Program-made: the position numbers and the translations under genes
Notes under the pieces: model-generated
What the model saw: only the letters and a program-made list of their open reading frames with translations
Told to the model about the DNA's origin: nothing
Databases searched by the model: none
Shown: piece by piece, positions 37,773 through 44,000 of the stretch
How positions within the stretch are numbered: the first letter of the stretch is position 1
Layout: every line of letters begins with the position of its first letter
NCBI GenBank assembly: GCA_030704615.1
Contig: JAKLZA010000247.1
Coordinates: forward strand, 1-44,000
DNA length: 44,000 bases
DNA from: Takakia lepidozioides
Taxonomy: Eukaryota; Plantae; Bryophyta
Direction: 5' to 3'

Positions 37773-39475
37773 GCGAATGCGGCGCCGCATTTCCGTTAAG
37801 TACCATCACGAAGCTACACATCCGTACTTGTTGGAAGAAAATGCGGCACCGCATTTCCGTTCCACCTTCACATACCTTAGTTGTTGAACGGAAATACGGT
37901 GCCGCATTTCCGTCCCACAGCTCCATGTATGAGATTCAGAAGGGAAATGCGGCGCCGCATTTCCGTTCCCACTTCACATACGTTAGTTGATGAATGGAAA
38001 TGCCGTGCCACATTTCCGTTCGGGAAAGTATAGAGGTCTCACCTGGACAGAAATGCGGTGTCGCATTTCCGGTCTGGAAAGGTTGAAGGTCTCACATGGA
38101 TGGAAATGCGGCAACACATTTCCGTAGCACAGCTCCAGGCCGAATATACAAAACGGAAATGCGGCGCCGCATTTCCGTTCGAGAATGTCGGAAGGTGCGA
38201 CTCGAACGGAAATGCGGTGCCGCATTTCTGTACCCGTTGCGCACGATTTTCAGTCAGAATGGAAATGCGGTACCGCATTTCCGTTCTGTAGAGTATTAAC
38301 GTCTGACGCTGGCGGAAATGCCTTCCCGCATTTTCGTTCCACAGCTCCATGCCTCACATACAAAACGGAAATGCGGTGCCGCATTTCCGTTTTGGAATGT
38401 CGGATGGTGGGACTCCGACGGAAATGCGGTACCGCATTTCAATTCCGATGTTTCAGGATATTTCATCAGAACGGAAATGCGGTGCCGCATTTCCCTTTTA
38501 AATCTAATACATTCCGTTCTGGAATGTTGGGAGGTGCGACTCGGATGGAAATGCGCTGCCGCATTTCAGTTCCGATGGTTCACGATTTTCAGTCAGAACG
38601 GAAATGCGGTGCCGCATTTCCGTTCTGGAATGATGGTAGGTGCGACTCGGATGGAAATACGTTGCCGCATTTCAGTTCCGATGGTTCACGATTTTCAGTC
38701 AGAACGGAAATGCGGTGCCGCATTTCCGTTCTGGAATGATGGTAGGTGCGACTCGGATGGAAATACGGTGCCGCATTTCAGTTCAGATAGTTCACGATTT
38801 TCAGTCAGAACGGAAATGCGGTGCCGCATTTCCGTTCTGGATAGTGTGAATGTCTCAACCGGTCGGAATTGCGCTGTATGAAGCTGTCGGAATCTTACTC
38901 GGCTCCAGGCATCAGATACAAAATGGAAATGCGGCGCCGCATTTCCTTTCTGGAATGTCGAAAAGTGCGACTCGGACGGAAATGCGGTGCCGCATTTCTG
39001 TTCCCGTTGTTCATAATTCTCAATCAGAACGGAAATGCGGTACCGCATTTCCGTTCCACCTTCACATACCGTGCTTGTTGAATGAAAATGCGGTACCGCA
39101 TTTCCGTTCTCGAGAGTATGAATGTCTTTTAAGGACGGAAATGTGCTGCAGCATTTCTATCCCTCAGCTCCATGCATCAGATACAAAATGGAAATGCGGC
39201 GCCGCATTTCCGTTCTGGAATGTCGAAAAGTGCGACTCGGACGGAAATGCGGTGCCGCATTTCTGTTCCCGTTGTTCATAAATCTCAATCAGAACGGAAA
39301 TGCGGTACCGCATTTCCGTTCCACCTTCACATACCGTGCTTGCTGGATGGAAATGCGTTACCGCATTTCCGTTCTGGAGAGTATAAAGGTTTCCCCCGGA
39401 CGGAAACTCGGTGCCGCATTTCCGTCGCTCTGTGCATGACCAAGATGCAATACGGAAATGCGGCGCCGTATTTCC
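37773..39475. repeat. ~32-unit array with a 53-bp period: 22-bp palindrome GGAAATGCGGYRCCGCATTTCC plus 31-bp variable linker
   Basis: Palindrome starts at 37837, 37890, 37943, 37996 ... 38473; 38547 ... 38865; 38925 ... 39402, all 53 bp apart within blocks. Linkers recur in 106-bp and 265-bp higher-order units. Confidence 0.95.
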
Positions 39476-39904
39476 GTCCACCAGCAATCGAAAGAATCAC
39501 TCGTGACGGGAAATCTGGAACCTCAATGGGTTGCATTGTTCCGAAACAACACAATTGCGGCCAGTCTTGATGAGCACAACTTGGTTGTCTGACCGTTTTA
39601 ACCAGCAGTCCTGGCACTTGTCAGTGCGAACGTTCCTGTCTGCACCGAGAATACTGCTGGATCCACCCTCAGGAGAAACTGTCAGGAGATGTTATTTCGT
39701 CGCCGAATCGGCCATCATTGTCCTACTCACTGGCTATGGAATCAAACCTCCCACCTTCATGCATGTAGCTTGAAACAATACTTTCCACTTCAATGTGCGA
39801 CTTCCAATCGTCGATGGACTCCGCAGATCCACTTAGATGGTGCCTGTGAGCCTTGGTCTGTCGCTATACTGAACCTCGCACTTGCCAACTCCGTGCGGTG
39901 TTCG

Positions 39905-42900
39905 ATGGCTCCGAATTCCTACGCTATAGTTTGCTGTCCTCCGCAACTTGGGAGAGCCTGGATCCCAAACGAGGGAGGACTTTGCAGAGTGACTGAAACT
40001 TACCTTTGTTCCAAATTCAAGCTCAAACCGGGCACAGTTTATTTGGAAGAAGAAAGGAAGGATGTTCCTGGACAGGTTGACGAGACCATTGTCGTGCTAG
40101 GTAACGACGGAGGTTGCGGAATCGAATGGCACGTTCCCCCGTCAGACACCATCCTGTACCGAGCTGTGGGAATGCCCATTCCCTTTCCGAATCAGTCGCT
40201 GCCCACACCATCCACAAAGGAGTCCGGAAACCGAGAGGCGGCCACTGCCAACAGAGAGGTATGCAACGATAATCATTCCCGACCTGGACCGTCAAGACCC
40301 TCCATAGCTTCTCGTGTGGACGTATTCGACATTTCCGACGAGGAAGATGATTGCATTGAGGTACCCATGTCCTCCACACGGTCGTTCAAATCCGGCATGG
40401 ACGTCTCTGTAGGTGCTACGCATGTGCCCTCGAGCATAACTCCAACCCGGTCCATTGTGCAGCTCCTACGACAACATCACCTCGATGGTTCTCGCTCCGA
40501 GCTGGCTGCTCTCGACTATGCCAAATTCCCAGTCAGAAAGGTAACTTTTCTGCCTCCCGAAGTCGATGGCAATGTCATCTTCGAGTTTCCACCTGTTTCT
40601 TCGTCAAAGAAAGCCTCCGGGATGTTAACAGACATGGATCGAAAGCATGACGGACACCCCTGGTGTGTGACGAAGACCAGTAGCACGAAAATTGCTGATG
40701 GTGTTCGTGTACGATATGTCCTCTGTGCGGGGAAGCTGAGGTGCCTCAATCCCACCTGCTTCCACTTTCTCTCCAAAGGAGGGCGGAGAAACGAGACGGA
40801 TTGGACTGGCACAACGCATCATCCATTCATTGTCTCCAGCCAAGCTCCTGCGGGTTCTTTCAAGTGTGCACATTGCAAAGAACCACCGACGTGCATGTCC
40901 ATGTGCAGAGCCAAGCAATATTACGTAATCCATTTGCTCCCGGACTTGACTAGAGCTTGCATACACGTTGGGGTCCACTGCCACCCCTTGGCGAGAGGCA
41001 ACATGCGTGAGGCTGTGCAGGAAGCACACGACATCATAAAAGAGGAGGTGAAATTGAGCCCCGGAGCCAGACCAAAGCAGATTCAGCTGAAGGCAGCCCA
41101 CAAGATTGCTCTTGGCAAAATCATGTCTGAAGATGGTTCCGACCGAGAGCCCTTGACCGAAGACGAGATGCGTGACCTCTTGGAGTCCGTCTCGCACGTT
41201 TGTAGTCCGAATGTGCGGAATCACATCGTATCTTGCAAGCAGGAGTTCGGCAGGGGGTCGGACATGTACTCAATCCTGGAGGTGAAACGAATGACTGGAT
41301 ATGACTACATCCAAGGTAGCAGGTTTCCAGGGCAAGGCAGCGAATCCGATCGTTGTTACATTTTCAAAATGTCGACGTGTGGGCCTGGGAGTGGAGTCGA
41401 CTTGGTCACTCGCATGACAACTGGAAACTTGTCGAATGCTTGGGTGATGTTTGATCACATCAAGCGAATTACAAACCATCAGTGGGTGACTATGGGTGCG
41501 CATGTTTATGACTATCACTCCAAGAGGCTCATGACGATTGCAATCTGCGAGATGAAAGGGGAGGACACACAGTCCGAGATGCATCTGTGGGAGGGCATAA
41601 ACCAGCAGATGGCAAGGGCGGGATTGCCAGAGCCCAATTTCAGGGGATTCATGGCAGACAACGCTCAGGCCAACTGGGCAGCGGTGCGGCGTGTGTACGG
41701 TGAGGACCCCAATGTTCCAATGGAGGGGAAAGAGAGATCCTGTGGATTCCATTGGATGCAGAGTCTATCCCACTACACTACCAAATTTGTTGCTAGCTCA
41801 TTCCAGGCTGAACACCGTGTCCTTTGTACGGCGTGGAAGGATGCACCCACATTTGATGACGCGGAGGTTAAGTTTGCTATCATCGAGGCTTGGTGGAACA
41901 CGTCAGGTGCAGTGGAGACAACCAATCTGGGAGCATTGCACAGCTGGTTGGGGTGGTGGCATTTTCGGTATCGACAGTTCGGACAGTACATGCGGGAGGT
42001 AGGCTGCTGTCATTTTCGTTCATTTGTCTTTCTGTTACGGACATTTCGATTGGTCCCTCACCGTTGTTTGTGTCCTTCTAGGAGCGGTGCTTGGATTCCG
42101 ACACGGACATGCCGAACACGAATATGGCAGAATCGGTCCACTCCTCCTGGCGAGCGTCTTCTGCCGCACATCTGGTGGACGTAGTGACGGCCACAACGGA
42201 GGACATCGACAGAGCAATCATGCAGCAAGCCACGTACTACAAGTTCCTGAGCGGCAAACAATGGGGCTTTGGGCCGGACAGGGAGGAATTGTTGGTACGA
42301 ACAGCTTCGAGGTCCAAGAATCCAGTGAAATGGGCGACAGCATTGCGAGAGAAGATCAAAGGGACGCCTCTGCACCGCAGAGGTGAACACCTAGAGGGGG
42401 ACGTCCGGACTCGCCCTGTCAGGCGGAGGATTGAAGAGGAACCCGGGTGCGAAGAGGATTCCTGGAGATCCGACAGGAACATTCGGACAGCACCTCGAGG
42501 TCCCGTCATGTTGCCGCACAATGTGTCTTCCAGCAGTGGAAGCCCAAGAAATTCCAGATCGCCGTCGCCTTCAACCGGGGATTTCGTGCAACAAATTCCC
42601 ACCGCTCCCTTGCCCCACATTCCGCCCGCTGTTATGCAGTATGGCCAAGCCATTGTGGAGACGACTGTGTCTGCCTCACAGTGGAGAATTGCTCGCACAA
42701 AGCCGTCGTTTCGAGGAAGGTGTTCCGCAATTCGTGTGGATACACGGCAACGTTGTTTAGAGATGATAAGGAGGAATCCAGATGGGGCTGTCCCTGCTCC
42801 TACTTTTACAGGAAGATTTGTCCATGCAAAGTTTGCGGAGGCGACAACCACCCAGTTCTGGTTCTGCAGGCACGACATTATGACTTGCGTGTATGGAAAG

Positions 42901-43512
42901 CCCAAGTACGGCATACAGACAATGCCAGAGGCTCCCCCGGTGTGGCCGGTGGAACCAGGCTGCGATCTGAGTCAGGTTGAGGCCGACGCCCTTACCGCCG
43001 CAGGATTTCGGATGGTGCAGCGCACTGACGTGCCCAGACAACCATTTCCGCTTCCACAGCCTCCACCACCGACCCCTGTGAGAGCAAGAACAATGGGACA
43101 CGACAGCTCTAAGCATCCTACACACCGTTGGGGGAAACCGAAGAGGCGGCGACCTCCCTCAAAAGTGAACGAGACAAGGATGGGGAATGCACTTCGGATG
43201 AACTGTACAATCCAGAGCTCGACAGAAGTGCCCCCACCAGGATTCGGGCGTGTGTATCAGATGGCCACGGCGGGCTCAGCTGTTCGCAATGAGGTGTACA
43301 CCATCACCATTTCAGAATTACCCACCTGCAATTGCACCGACTTCCAGATCATGGCGAACAAGGGGGCATCATACTGCCCTTGCAAGCATTTGTACTACGT
43401 GTACCTAAAGAGACTCCGTTGTAATTCCACAACTCATCACTTCATACATGCACCAGGGTTGAGCCCCCAGGAGGTTCACACTCTTCTGAATATGGATCCA
43501 GGGGACCAGTGA
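39905..43512 (+). CDS. Intact Mutator-like transposase, ~1174 aa (GCM-like Zn domain, DDE core, extra Cys domain, SWIM)
   Basis: Exons 39905-41998 and 42082-43512 joined by a phase-0 GT-AG intron. Motifs WVMFDH (D1), FMADNA (D2), CGFH (CxxH), NMAESVH (E), and SWIM CNCTDF...CPCKH. Confidence 0.88.
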
Positions 43513-44000
43513 GCTTGGCTTGCGGTCCACATACAATGGTACGCCCATCCTTTTCGGATAGTAGAACTGTACTGCTGCCAGTACCTCAGACTCTGGCCAC
43601 AAAAAGGTCCGACATATGTCTTGCCTACCAGTAACCTGTTTTGATCGAACTAAGATATTACTATATCGTTCACTTGTTTCCACGTGCATGTATTTTTGTA
43701 TGTTGGAGGGTTCATGTTTTTCTGCTTTCCGAAAACTTGCTCTCCTCATTCGACCTCCGACAAGGAAATGCGGCGCCGAATTTCCAAGTATCGTCGTAGG
43801 TACCCCCAGAGGCGGCCTTCGCCAACACCAAACCGCTCCGAAATTTCGCACGTGCGAACCCTAATGCGGCACCCTATTTCCCAGTTCAGTTGCAAACCTT
43901 TCCCGCCGAATACCCGAAGAAGACAGAATTGTGAAGTACTGCAGACTGTATTGGTGCAGACTCCATTGGTTCAATCGCGGCAAAAGGGTCAGCTTCATTC

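Larger units (their letters stand above)
28982..44000 (+). mobile_element. Family B Mutator-like transposon (right end predicted ~360 bp beyond the window)
   Basis: Left TIR GGGGCTGCTATTTCATGAG plus CATGAGC repeats, intact transposase, ParB-MTase gene and palindrome arrays. The last 20 nt of the window equal 18161-18180, 362 bp before the right TIR end in the 17470-18542 fragment. Confidence 0.88.

Noticed and set aside
37773-39475. CRISPR array (palindromic repeat with constant-length spacers)
   Set aside because: Spacers are not unique and recur in 106-bp and 265-bp higher-order units. The repeat is also dispersed in introns, there are no cas genes, and the context is eukaryotic.
37548-39617. 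Numerous ORFs with KCGAAFP / EMRCRIS / GNAAPHF motifs (also 31350-32256)
   Set aside because: These are translations of the stop-free palindrome in all six frames.

Overview
Eukaryotic, land-plant DNA (GT-AG introns, a PLS/E/DYW PPR pseudogene, a Ty3/Gypsy relic with tRNA-iMet PBS). It is dominated by two diverged families of large Mutator-like (MULE) DNA transposons with one shared design. Each carries a GCM-like Zn-finger/DDE/SWIM transposase (+ strand). Transcribed divergently from it is a multi-exon gene (- strand) fusing an N-terminal ParB/Sulfiredoxin-like domain (WDGNHR) to a C-terminal beta-class N6-adenine/N4-cytosine DNA methyltransferase-like domain. In both families the catalytic DPPY motif reads DIPD. 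Family A occurs as two near-identical copies (1-10601 and 18739-28980, full length about 11.4 kb). Family B (28982 to beyond 44000, about 15.4 kb predicted) is inserted into the transposase of the second A copy; two further B-type fragments lie at about 14065-14175 and 17470-18542. Each family has its own ~22-bp palindrome, which I found only in non-coding DNA. In family B it forms a ~32-copy array with a 53-bp period between the two divergent genes. Family B also carries a head-to-head pair of paralogous genes of unknown function. All domain calls come from motif recognition by eye; no searches were run. Many frameshifts look like 1-bp sequencing indels.
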